The position numbers were made by a program, and so were the translations under genes. A stretch of 64,000 nucleotides of DNA from assembly GCF_964204645.1 (NCBI RefSeq), contig NC_134035.1:7720451-7784450 (forward strand), given 5' to 3'. The stretch is from Tubulanus polymorphus. Taxonomy: Eukaryota > Animalia > Nemertea. The notes below the pieces were generated by a model, which was not told the DNA's origin, did no database searches, and saw only the letters and a list, made by a program, of their open reading frames with translations. Below are positions 12,735-21,467 of the stretch, piece after piece. Position 1 is the first letter of the stretch. Each line of letters starts with the position of its first letter.

Positions 12735-13170
12735 AACAAAACGTATCAATCTAACCGTTTTGATATTACCTTCTCGATAGGATCGCCACCTCAGCGAGGC
12801 GTCCACTTTTTATGTCTCTTTTAACAGAGTTTCAATTGCTCAACTGATAAAACCAGGTACAATTATCCATTCGCTCCATCGAAAGATGTAGAAACAAACG
12901 CCTTTCCCTTCGCTCAAGGATCGGCGTTGAATAAGGCGGAGGAAACTATGAGAACAGCTACTTAGCAACACAATCTGTGACGTCACATTACTAGAAAACA
13001 TCCAATCTTCTATCTAACAAAGTATCGATTTGGGAATATATCTGCGACAACAAAATTTTGACAGCTTCGTTCAACTAATGGCGAAAACAAACAAGCAAAT
13101 AAACAAACAAATAAACGGCTGTTTGCGAGTGCTTTTAATTTTTGAAATAAATCGAGCAAAATTTGAAAAA

Positions 13171-13204
13171 AGTCTACAGCACCCGGTATTCCCAGGCGGT
13201 CACC
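13171..13204 (-). pseudogene. 5S: 3' fragment (nt 86-119) of the transposon-interrupted 5S gene
   Basis: Exact 5S match ending at the left junction. Confidence 0.95.
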
Positions 13205-13240
13205 TGGCGCTCCTAGCGGGCGCGCGTGAGGCGGTGTTTT

Positions 13241-13308
13241 ATTTCAGGAAATGAATTGTGGAAACAGCCAATCAAATCCACGGATATCCACAATTCATTT
13301 CCTGAAAT
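13241..13308. repeat. Perfect 22-bp inverted repeat with 24-nt loop near the element left end
   Basis: ATTTCAGGAAATGAATTGTGGA (13241-13262) / TCCACAATTCATTTCCTGAAAT (13287-13308). Confidence 0.95.
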
Positions 13309-13483
13309 TTCCTGAAATTGACCAATCGCTGTGCTTGTTAGCGATGACGTAATTTCCGGATATACCGTTGAAGAGCGCCATATTTGATTTTCCGATCGTA
13401 AACACACAGCGCAGTTACAGTCACAGAAAGCAGACTAATTCGTTCCAGATCATCTGATTAAATTACCCGATTATCACGTAAGT
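13265..13483 (+). promoter_or_regulatory. Putative Pol II promoter and non-coding first exon of the transposase
   Basis: CCAAT at 13268 and 13322, CRE-like TGACGTAA 13345-13352; donor GTAAGT at 13478 would pair with the acceptor ending 14475. Confidence 0.4.
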
Positions 13484-14476
13484 GTATGAATTCAGTACTT
13501 CCAACATCCGAGGTTTCATACCCGATTAAATCTTTTATCGCAAATGCTTGCTTATGCCAATTTTTTGGTGAAAAACTTCTTACTTTTCACTCGCAAATTC
13601 AATCAACTTCAATTTATTACAATTATTTTGGGTTAAGCCTATCATTCATCATCAAAATGTGAATCGTGAACACTAGAAGAGCGAGAGAGTAGAAGTTTTC
13701 ACTAGAAGGCATTACGGATTGTTTCATTTTTCCATTCCGTGATATTTTGTCAATTCTGTTACTGTTAGGCCTTATAAGTCCTTTTTTTATTTAGGCCTAC
13801 TCCCGTGTGTGGAATAGGTCGATTATCAGCCCAAAAATGAAACAGGTCCTTCCTAGCGAATCATTCTGTATTTCCAGCGTCGTAACTGCGTATTAGCCTA
13901 TGGGTCCGTAAATTCCTTGATGCGCTATGAATCAAGAAATCTAGAATCCAGGCCAGGGGTAAAATCTAAAATTCTGACTAAGCATTCCCCTTAAAATTCC
14001 TATCATCCCCCCTTGAATTATATAAATTAAAAATCATCAATTGTCTAAATCTTTTTTCAACTCAATTTGTGAATGCGACCCTCCCTGTACTTATGCATAT
14101 AGGCCATTGACCAGAAATCTCTCCCTACAACTTGCAATTAACTTGAAACAATAGTCACAATGATACCACAGCCACTGGCTGTCTCTATTATTGTTTTGTG
14201 TATTCTGTGAAAGGTCAATATAAGTGGGAGCTTATTATATCCCTTTATTATGACAGGCATTGTGCTCACAAAGACTTGGTTATCAAAACATAGGCCAATG
14301 TGGTTATTAATTCAAATGTTTTGATTTCCAATGACAATAAAGCCCTAGCTTGCTAATTTCTCAATTACCTAGTTGATGTAATTACTTTCATATGTAAGAT
14401 GAAAATTGAAATTATGTTAAACTGGACCCTTAAAATTTGTTCGATGTTTAATTGATGTTTCTCTTTTTGTTCTAGC

Positions 14477-14918
14477 ATGGAACCAATTTTCCGTCGCCTA
14501 AAAAATCGTACGATCGACACGTTTGACACCGATGCCGCCAAGAACCATAAAAGCACTAGTGGTTGGGCAACTCAGGACCCTGCGGAGAAAGTTTTGGCGG
14601 ATGCGATGCGCCGGGTTGCCCAGGCCGGAGGAGATCAGTCAAACCCGAAACATTTGTTAGGCCAGTATACACTTCAGTTTGGTAAGTTTAGGGGTAAGAA
14701 ATTTCAGTGGATACTCTCTAATGCTCTTGGCTTTGCAGTAAACCTCTACGTCATGGATGAATGTGAGAAGCAAAAACCACATCCCAAGATAGACCACAAG
14801 AACCATGCCGACAACAAGAAAGCCCTCTTCAAATACATGAGGCTGTTTCCCGAAGCCAAGGAAGCGATTGAGAGGAGGAGAGCTGTCCATCAAGAGCGTG
14901 TGAAACCTACGATTTCAA
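14477..14918 (+). CDS. Transposase coding exon 1 (N-terminus, QFGKFRGKKFQW motif)
   Basis: ATG one base after acceptor TTCTAG (ends 14475); donor GTAAGT at 14919, phase 1. Confidence 0.75.
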
Positions 14919-15009
14919 GTAAGTCAAGTTTTCAATATACAGTCGGATCGTTTGATATCAGAGTTGTTTTGTGCTTGTTCTATTTATGAAAAATTTTTTA
15001 TTTTCACAG

Positions 15010-15213
15010 AAGCTCGTCAGACTCAACCAGCCGGGAGCCAACCAACTGTGACAACTAGGAGGAGTCGCCCATCTGCTACAACCAGGAGCCAACCAACTGC
15101 GACAACTAGGAGTCAACCCAGCTCATCGACTACAACTGAGAACGTCTCGATGCCGTCTGATGATGATGATGATCTACTGACAAGTGTCATCACTCTTGAA
15201 GCGCAGTTATCTG
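15010..15213 (+). CDS. Transposase coding exon 2 (S/T/P-rich linker with SQPTxTTR repeats)
   Basis: Acceptor TTTTCACAG ends 15009, donor GTAATA at 15214; phases match neighbours. Confidence 0.65.
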
Positions 15214-15975
15214 GTAATATATCTTAATTCTAATGATATTTTTATTGTAGATTCAATTGATACATCATGAGATATACATCCTACAAATTTTTGCAGTGTT
15301 TTGGACGGATTGTAAAGATTCCATCCAAGTTAACCGCAGTCCTCCCTTTCGGCCATCCACTCCTAGTAATTGCAGCCATATTGTAACATTTAATCATTTA
15401 TTTCTCAAAATTTACAGTTTATATCTGGATAAGTTGGTAAGATTTATGTTGTGTAGGGTTCCTAGAATATGCTTTTATAAATGTGTAGCTATTGTAAAAT
15501 GGTATTTTCTTCCTATCTATTTTAATGTACCTATTTCTTTATAAAAACTGGGTAATCATGCTTTATATGTATGCAGTACTGTCTCTTTATTACATAATCC
15601 ATCTTTATGATATTGGTATATAGTTGCTATAATGGACATTATGAATATGATAACACACACACTCTCTCTGTCTCTCTCTGTCACTAGCAAAATGCAACAC
15701 GTCTATCCTCTCCTGCTTAATAACTTATTTTTTACAGTGATTTCCCATTTGTAATCTCATTTTTCCAGTGAGTCACTCTTATTCCTCATTTATAGGTATT
15801 TAGATGGTAACATTACAGTGATGCGGTTTTCTTTTGTTCCTTTTGTCTATCATTCTGTTTTTGTTTAATATTTCAGTGAAATTGTACCGGACTTTATGAT
15901 GATTTAGAATTCTTATGCTATAAACCTCAATCATGAATGAGATAGTAAATTCATATTCTATTTTTCTCTATCTAG

Positions 15976-16450
15976 CCTCTCAGACAACACGGACTACAGC
16001 GACTACGACTACACCGACCACGACTACTACTACTACTACTACTACTACTACACCGACTACGACAACCGCGATCGATAACGACCACCGCTTGCTTTTACCA
16101 GAATGGCGTAAAGTTCTGTCCGAATATGAACAGAAGTGGATCACCAAAACCCTCTTCATGAAAACCAAGAGTGGGAGGCTGGAGATGGATTTTAGCCGCG
16201 TCAATCAGCTTTGGTGGAATCCTCCACAGCCATTGGTAGTTGCAGGCCAGGTACCCAAAGTCGAGCAGTACTTTGCCCACCGCCTGTTCTTGTGGATGCC
16301 TCGACGACTGTGGCAAGTCCAACTTAGATGTCCAGTCGCAACGTGCCAAGGGAGAGAGTTGACATCAGCAGGATTATACAAGCGGTTGCGGCAGGTACTC
16401 GATATCGATTCGCACTACTTCATCGCAACAGAAAGTTTGGAATGTCAGAA
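15976..16450 (+). CDS. Transposase coding exon 3 (poly-Thr, LWWNPPQ, LFLWMP, CPVATC)
   Basis: Acceptor TCTAG ends 15975, donor GTAAGA at 16451; splicing to exon 4 creates CQKC. Confidence 0.8.
16023..16049 (+). repeat. (ACT)9 microsatellite encoding poly-Thr
   Basis: Read directly; in frame in exon 3. Confidence 0.9.
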
Positions 16451-16536
16451 GTAAGATTGTGTCCATGTTAAAGTGTGACCTGCTGATTACAGGTTGTGAT
16501 TTTATGAATGATTTTTTTTTTGTCTCGTATTTATAG

Positions 16537-17758
16537 ATGCAAGGCGAAATATGTTGGAACGACTGCTGAGATCATCTCGCAACTAGCCGTCGGTTACCAG
16601 CTCCAGTTCCCGTGTATACTGACACAGAAGTACGCTTGCGATTATAAGGTTGTGCGACTGCTTTGCAGAGAGGTCTGGGTAACAGCACTACTCAGATCCA
16701 GAAGAAGCTGCGGGAGCAACATGGCGAAGCTTACCTCGAGCGTGTCTCACAGTACCTCACTGAGTGTGAAGGCTTGTCCAAGGCTATCCGTTCTGGTCTC
16801 GTAAAACCGCACGAATTCGCTGACCCACCACAGCCTTTGAGCATCCCGCAGTTTCGGTGGCTCATGCTTGTGTACGTCAGTGATGTGTTGTCGAGACTGG
16901 ACGAGGTCAGGGCAGCCATTACGTCTCAGTTTGGTCGAATTCTCAAAATTGACTCAACTAAGAAAATAGTCAAGAAGTTGACTGGTCATGCCAAGGGGAC
17001 CGCGATGTGGTGCACCAATGTAGGGAACGAGCATGGTCAGGTCCTTATGTCTGTCCTTACTACTGGCGAAGGCTATGGTCTCAGTCAAATGATTGATGGC
17101 CTAATCAAAAGGTATGATACTGCTGGTGTGCCTGCCCCTGAGGTGATATACACTGATCGGGATTGTTGTGGCCACAGCGTACTGAAAACAAACCTAGCCC
17201 CTTGGACAGATATCATCATCAGATTGGACGTTTGGCATTTCATGCGGCGGTTCTCTACAGGGTGTACTACAGATTCACATCGGCTGTATGCGAGTTTTAT
17301 GAGAGGCCTTAGCCGGTGTATCTTTGAGTGGGACCCTGAGGATCTTGACCGTCTAAAGAGAGCGAAGCGTGAGGAGCTAGCCCTGAAAGCTATCACTGGT
17401 CTTAGTGACCGCCAGTTAGTTGAGCGAATTTCTTCGGCCGAGTTGGCACGGCACTGTAAACGTACCACACGTGGAACAGATGCTACTGTCCGCCTACTGG
17501 GTCAGCTCGTCGCTTCCTTCTCGGGTGACAAAGGGAAAGACTCCTTGGGTGTTTCGCTCATAAACACTGAGCGCATGGCGGAGATTTATAAGTCTCAAGC
17601 TAAGCATGTTGCCTGCCTGCAGGATCCACCTGGCGTTCAGTTGTACACACAAACCGGAACGATCAAGAAAGGACAGACGACACTGCCTATCTACAGATGT
17701 GCCCGTGGTTCGACGTCATTGAAATCATTCCACCTTCATCTAAACAGATTCATTCCAG
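16537..17758 (+). CDS. Transposase coding exon 4, catalytic DDE core, with a 1-bp frameshift near 16664
   Basis: D of IDSTKK 16951-16953, D of YTDRD 17155-17157, DVWH 17227-17238, RGSTSLKSFH with K at 17722-17724; donor GTAAGA at 17759. Confidence 0.85.
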
Positions 17759-17847
17759 GTAAGATTAAAAATCACTTTCACCATATGAAATCTTCTCTTG
17801 TAGCTTTCTCTAACTAATTAGCTGATTTCATGATTTCATATTTATAG

Positions 17848-18261
17848 GTACTGTGGCTGGCGATGTCAGTTTCCAGATGTACCTGGTTGATGGTTTAGCG
17901 CGTTGGAATGAGGATCGAGCTATTGCAGCTGTAACTCAAGACAAACAGATTTCCTGCTACAGTGGAAAGCTACGCCATCATATCAATGAGCTAAGTCAAA
18001 CTGTCCTTGGAAAGAAGCTTTTACCAGCATTCCAAGGGCCATTGCGTTACACCGGTGAACCTATAGGTATTGATTATCTTTACAGCCAAACAGGAGAGGC
18101 ACCAGTGTCTAACACTAGGTTGCGTCTAGCCGAGGAGGAACGCTTGCTGGACTCTGCTTCTGACCAGGAATTTAGTGACAGCCCTGTTGATGAGCCGCTG
18201 CCTCTGTATGATGTGGAAGACTTGACATTAGCTGTGCCTACTGATGAGGATAACGACTTCT
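17848..18261 (+). CDS. Transposase coding exon 5 (FQMYLVDGLARWNEDR...YTGEPIGIDYLYSQ)
   Basis: Acceptor TTTATAG ends 17847, donor GTAAGT at 18262; in frame with exon 4. Confidence 0.8.
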
Positions 18262-18435
18262 GTAAGTCACAATGTTTTTAGAAAATTGTTTGAATAATAA
18301 TTCTATTTCAGTTCTGTTAAGTTCATTCCTGTAATTGATTCCTCTGATTACTGTTGACTTTGTGACATGCCCTCAGCTGAATCCATTACATTTTGACTAA
18401 GGGATAATGGTTTTGTGTATTATTTTTCATTGTAG

Positions 18436-18653
18436 TTTCTCCGACTGTGACACCAACTGCACCAGTTCTTCCCGTTGACACCATGTCCGTTGATACTCCG
18501 TTGCCGATGGAAACTGAGGAGGTCACTGAGCTTGAACCCGATGATGCTGTGCCAGAATTTCGCTTACCGACCCTTGATACTCCAGAGCTGCAGCCCTTTG
18601 AACTGTCGAATGTTCCATCTATTGAATCTCCCCTGGGGGATTCGGATGAGCAT
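18436..18653 (+). CDS. Transposase coding exon 6 (acidic, Pro-rich linker)
   Basis: Acceptor TGTAG ends 18435, donor GTAAGT at 18654; phases 1 and 0 match. Confidence 0.7.
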
Positions 18654-18738
18654 GTAAGTTTTCTATAAAAAAAAGGTTTTCGTTCGAGTTGTGTTGATGT
18701 TGTTAAAGAATTTAATTTCAAATATCTATTTTATTCAG

Positions 18739-18995
18739 GATTCTTTGGGACCAGACGGTATTGCTGGATTTGGAAAGGTTGATGCTTTGGCTGAGAAACT
18801 GGTAAACTTGGATGAGAATTCACTGGCTCTTACAAACAACGAAGCTCGTGAAATCATTGATTTGTGGCAGAACTTGGACGACTACGACAAGAGGTCCATC
18901 ATCAAACCACGCCATCAACCAACTCTCAGTCAAGGTAGATTTCGAGCAACAAAGAAACGTTCTGGCTTGGCTCCTGGAGTTGAAAGTTCACGGAG
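18739..18995 (+). CDS. Transposase coding exon 7 (GPDGIAGF...LWQNLDDYDK...PGVES)
   Basis: Acceptor TTCAG ends 18738, donor GTAAGC at 18996. Confidence 0.75.
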
Positions 18996-19171
18996 GTAAG
19001 CCTAATCTACTGTATTTTTCATTTCAAAATAAATGTACTAATAAGTCGAAATTGCCAATTGAATATTAAATGGCAATATAATCTTTGAGTTCAATTTGAC
19101 CCTACAATAGAGGTTACATGGGTTAACCTAAATAAACTTTATGTTAATCAAGTATTTATGATAATTTTTAG

Positions 19172-19420
19172 AGCTTTTCTGGGACCAAATTCGGCACCTG
19201 CTCAGTGGCCGACTTGTAATCACTACGTCGAGACAACCATGGTGAAGCTCTGTGCGAAGTATCCAGCATCAAAAACGGTTGCAGGAGTGCGAGTTACGCG
19301 ATGGATCCTTATCTCCCGCGCCTACAAGCACATAAGAGACGTCGTCGTCGGAAATCCTGTGGTTATGCATCACTCGAACATTCAGCTTCCAGAGTTGAAT
19401 ATGACGACTATAACCCAATG
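19172..19420 (+). CDS. Transposase coding exon 8 (PAQWP...LCAKYP...TRW)
   Basis: Acceptor TTTTTAG ends 19171, donor GTAAGT at 19421; phase 2 at both ends. Confidence 0.75.
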
Positions 19421-19520
19421 GTAAGTTAACCTTTTATGCCCCACCTCTTAACCATCTAAATTATTATTAATCATATTGAGATTATGTTCATAAAATGGTC
19501 TATTTCTTTTTTCATTTTAG

Positions 19521-20271
19521 GTGGAATCGACGTTCTAAGAAGCAAGAGGAAATGGTTCTCAGGCAGGGAATTCAAATCCCGAATCCTCCTTTGGCAAGCC
19601 AGCAACCATTGCTTATTGCTTGTCAAAAGCCTTCTGTGCTGCCGAGAGGATCCTCTGATGATCGCCATACCTTTGTACTTCCTACGAACACTGCTGGAAT
19701 GGCGAAAATAAAGCGGCGAAGAACAACTCCTTCCGCAACTGCGACTCTCGCATCAGTAGCTGCGGCAGCAACTAGTACGCGGCCTGCACCGCAGATTCCT
19801 CAGAATGTTATTGATTTGTCAGGCGCTCATCAGTCCCTCAATACAGATACTACCGCAGATACTACTCGATTGATGGGTTGCTCACAAATCATGACAGGAC
19901 CTGTTGCGTCTAAGGAGCAGAAAGCTGAAAGTTTGCAGCCAGCCACTACCCAGCTGATAATTGTTGCACCGCCAAAAGACCAGGCCGTTCTGCCTAAGGT
20001 CATCCATTCTGAATCCATGGGAAATATACAGGTTGTTCCTTACACAACCCATATGCACAGATTACAAAGGCAGCAGCAATTAGAAGCTGGGGTGAGTCGC
20101 AGAAAGTACACTCCACGGACAAAGGTTACTTGTCCTAAGTGTAAAAAGGAGAGATCGAAGCCCTCGCATCAGCAGTTTTTCGGAAATTGGTACTGTAGTG
20201 AAACGTCAACGGTGACTCTGGAAGAGTGGAGACAGCAAATGCAGGCCAGGGGATACAAGAAGAAGAAGTGA
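19521..20271 (+). CDS. Transposase last coding exon with C-terminal CCHC zinc finger (Cx2Cx8Hx8C) and basic tail
   Basis: Acceptor TTTTAG ends 19520; CPKC-KKERSKPS-H-QQFFGNWY-C at 20131-20196; stop TGA 20269-20271. Confidence 0.75.
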
Positions 20272-20384
20272 AGCTCGATTAGTGACAGGATTCCAGGACT
20301 AGAGATCAACTGTGCGTATAGCGTAGATATGGGTATGTGTGTCTGGTAAAATCTTTCAGAAATTACTCGATTTTGACATTTTCA

Positions 20385-20544
20385 TGCAGCTATCAACCTG
20401 CTGTCTGTACAACCCCTCAGTTTGATGTCCGACAGACATTCGATCACCTCACCATTTGGGAAAAATCGTGGTTTGTCCAGACTTCGCTATTCAAAAAGGT
20501 GATCGTCTGAAGGGCTAGGCACAGACAACAGATTGACAGCTGCA
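20385..20544 (-). other. 160-bp fold-back (structured RNA candidate or small MITE) downstream of the transposase stop
   Basis: Arms 20385-20420 / 20507-20544 plus inner 9-bp stem 20441-20449 / 20497-20505. Confidence 0.6.
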
Positions 20545-21327
20545 CAAATCTAACTTTGTGACATTTTATGTGAAAATTTGTGAAAAATCTAAGGACCATG
20601 TGAAAGAAATATAAAATTGTATCCAGAATTCTCCTTAGATTGTAACAAGTTTTTGAAAAACCCTTGATGAATTTCAGGCTTGCTTCATCACACTGGACTG
20701 ATTGTTTATAATTTATTCAGTTTGATGGTTTTGTTTATAATTTATTTAGTTTGATGGTTTATTATTTTATAATTGTTTATTAATAATTGGCAGTTTTAAT
20801 TTTGAGTTTTATTTTTTAAATTTGTATCTTTTATTTGTTTTATACTAGAATAGGGATTCCAGAAATATTTGGTTGATTTAATGGTAGTTCAACTTTAGAA
20901 AATTCACTATAAAATTTGAAATTTGAAGTTTGATTCAGTGGTAGTTTGACTTAAGAAATTTCACTCTAACATTTAGAATTTGTAGTTTAGTAGTAGAACT
21001 TATTTTAAACTAGAAGTCCCTCAAAATTGTAATTTTTCAATTCAGTGTATATGTCCAAAATTGTAATTTTTCGATTGAGTGTGTATGTGCATTGTGCTTA
21101 GAAGCCTGCCTGTTATGCAAATGACAAACTATAAAATTTTTAATGCTGCCTACTATGTCAAAAACATGGTAGAAGGTTCCAAGCCCTTAAAAAGCAGAGG
21201 AGAGATTTTATAGAAAAAGGTATCATTTATTTAGTTGTCAGGTCATTTTTCACTGATAAAATGAGCTGAGAATATGAAGATTGGCAGGATGGAAATAAAC
21301 TAATTAAAACTCATTAATCTACTTCCA

Positions 21328-21337
21328 GATTCGAACC
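21328..21337 (-). promoter_or_regulatory. Pol III B-box-like motif GGTTCGAATC
   Basis: Reverse complement of GATTCGAACC; matches the tRNA B-box consensus; function unproven. Confidence 0.35.
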
Positions 21338-21368
21338 ACTGACCCCTCAATAGTACGGGATTCCCTAC

Positions 21369-21467
21369 GCCGAGTGAATGGAAGTTTCAAGTACTGTAGT
21401 GGTTTGCATCTAGCAGTACCCCTCCGGCATTCAGGAAACGCAACCGAGCCGAGTGAGTAGAAGTTTC
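21369..21467 (+). repeat. 20-bp subterminal direct repeat at the element right end
   Basis: GCCGAGTGAATGGAAGTTTC (21369-21388) vs GCCGAGTGAGTAGAAGTTTC (21448-21467), 18/20 identical. Confidence 0.85.

Larger units (their letters stand above)
1324..13204 (-). repeat. 5S rDNA tandem array block 1 (21 uninterrupted genes plus the 3' part of the split gene), unit 555-557 bp
   Basis: Near-identical unit recurs every ~556 bp; each has a 5S gene followed by a T-run on the minus strand. Confidence 0.98.
14477..20271 (+). pseudogene. Spliced Dada-type DDE transposase gene, 9 coding exons, ~1,410 aa reconstructed; frameshifted and probable catalytic E replaced by K
   Basis: Exons 14477-14918, 15010-15213, 15976-16450, 16537-17758, 17848-18261, 18436-18653, 18739-18995, 19172-19420, 19521-20271. 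All 8 introns are GT-AG and phase-compatible. Total is 4232 nt, one short of a multiple of 3, matching the frame switch at ~16664. Confidence 0.8.
13205..21467 (+). mobile_element. Dada-like DDE DNA transposon inserted in 5S rRNA gene box C (8,263 bp; no TIRs, no clean TSD)
   Basis: Flanks ...CCCAGGCGGTCACC| and |CATCCAAGTACT rejoin to an intact 5S sequence (boundary ambiguous by one C). Interior encodes a spliced transposase with IDSTKK, YTDRDCC, RLDVWHFMRR and RGSTSLxSFHLHL motifs and a C-terminal CCHC finger. Superfamily call is by motif recognition, not a database search. Confidence 0.85.

Noticed and set aside
14365-20018. Minus-strand ORFs within the element (for example 17085-17468, 18386-18721)
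   Set aside because: Antisense shadows of the transposase exons with no independent motifs.
21321-21385. Functional tRNA gene on the minus strand
   Set aside because: It has a B-box and a 7-bp closing stem, but only 65 nt, no complete T-stem and no clear D or anticodon arms.
13205-21467. Non-LTR retrotransposon (Mutsu/R2-like) or Helitron explanation for the insertion
   Set aside because: No reverse transcriptase, endonuclease or Rep/helicase motifs and no poly-A tail; the gene has many introns and DDE motifs.
13205-21467. Terminal inverted repeats
   Set aside because: Left end TGGCGCTCCTAG and the reverse complement of the right end GAAACTTCTACT show no similarity.
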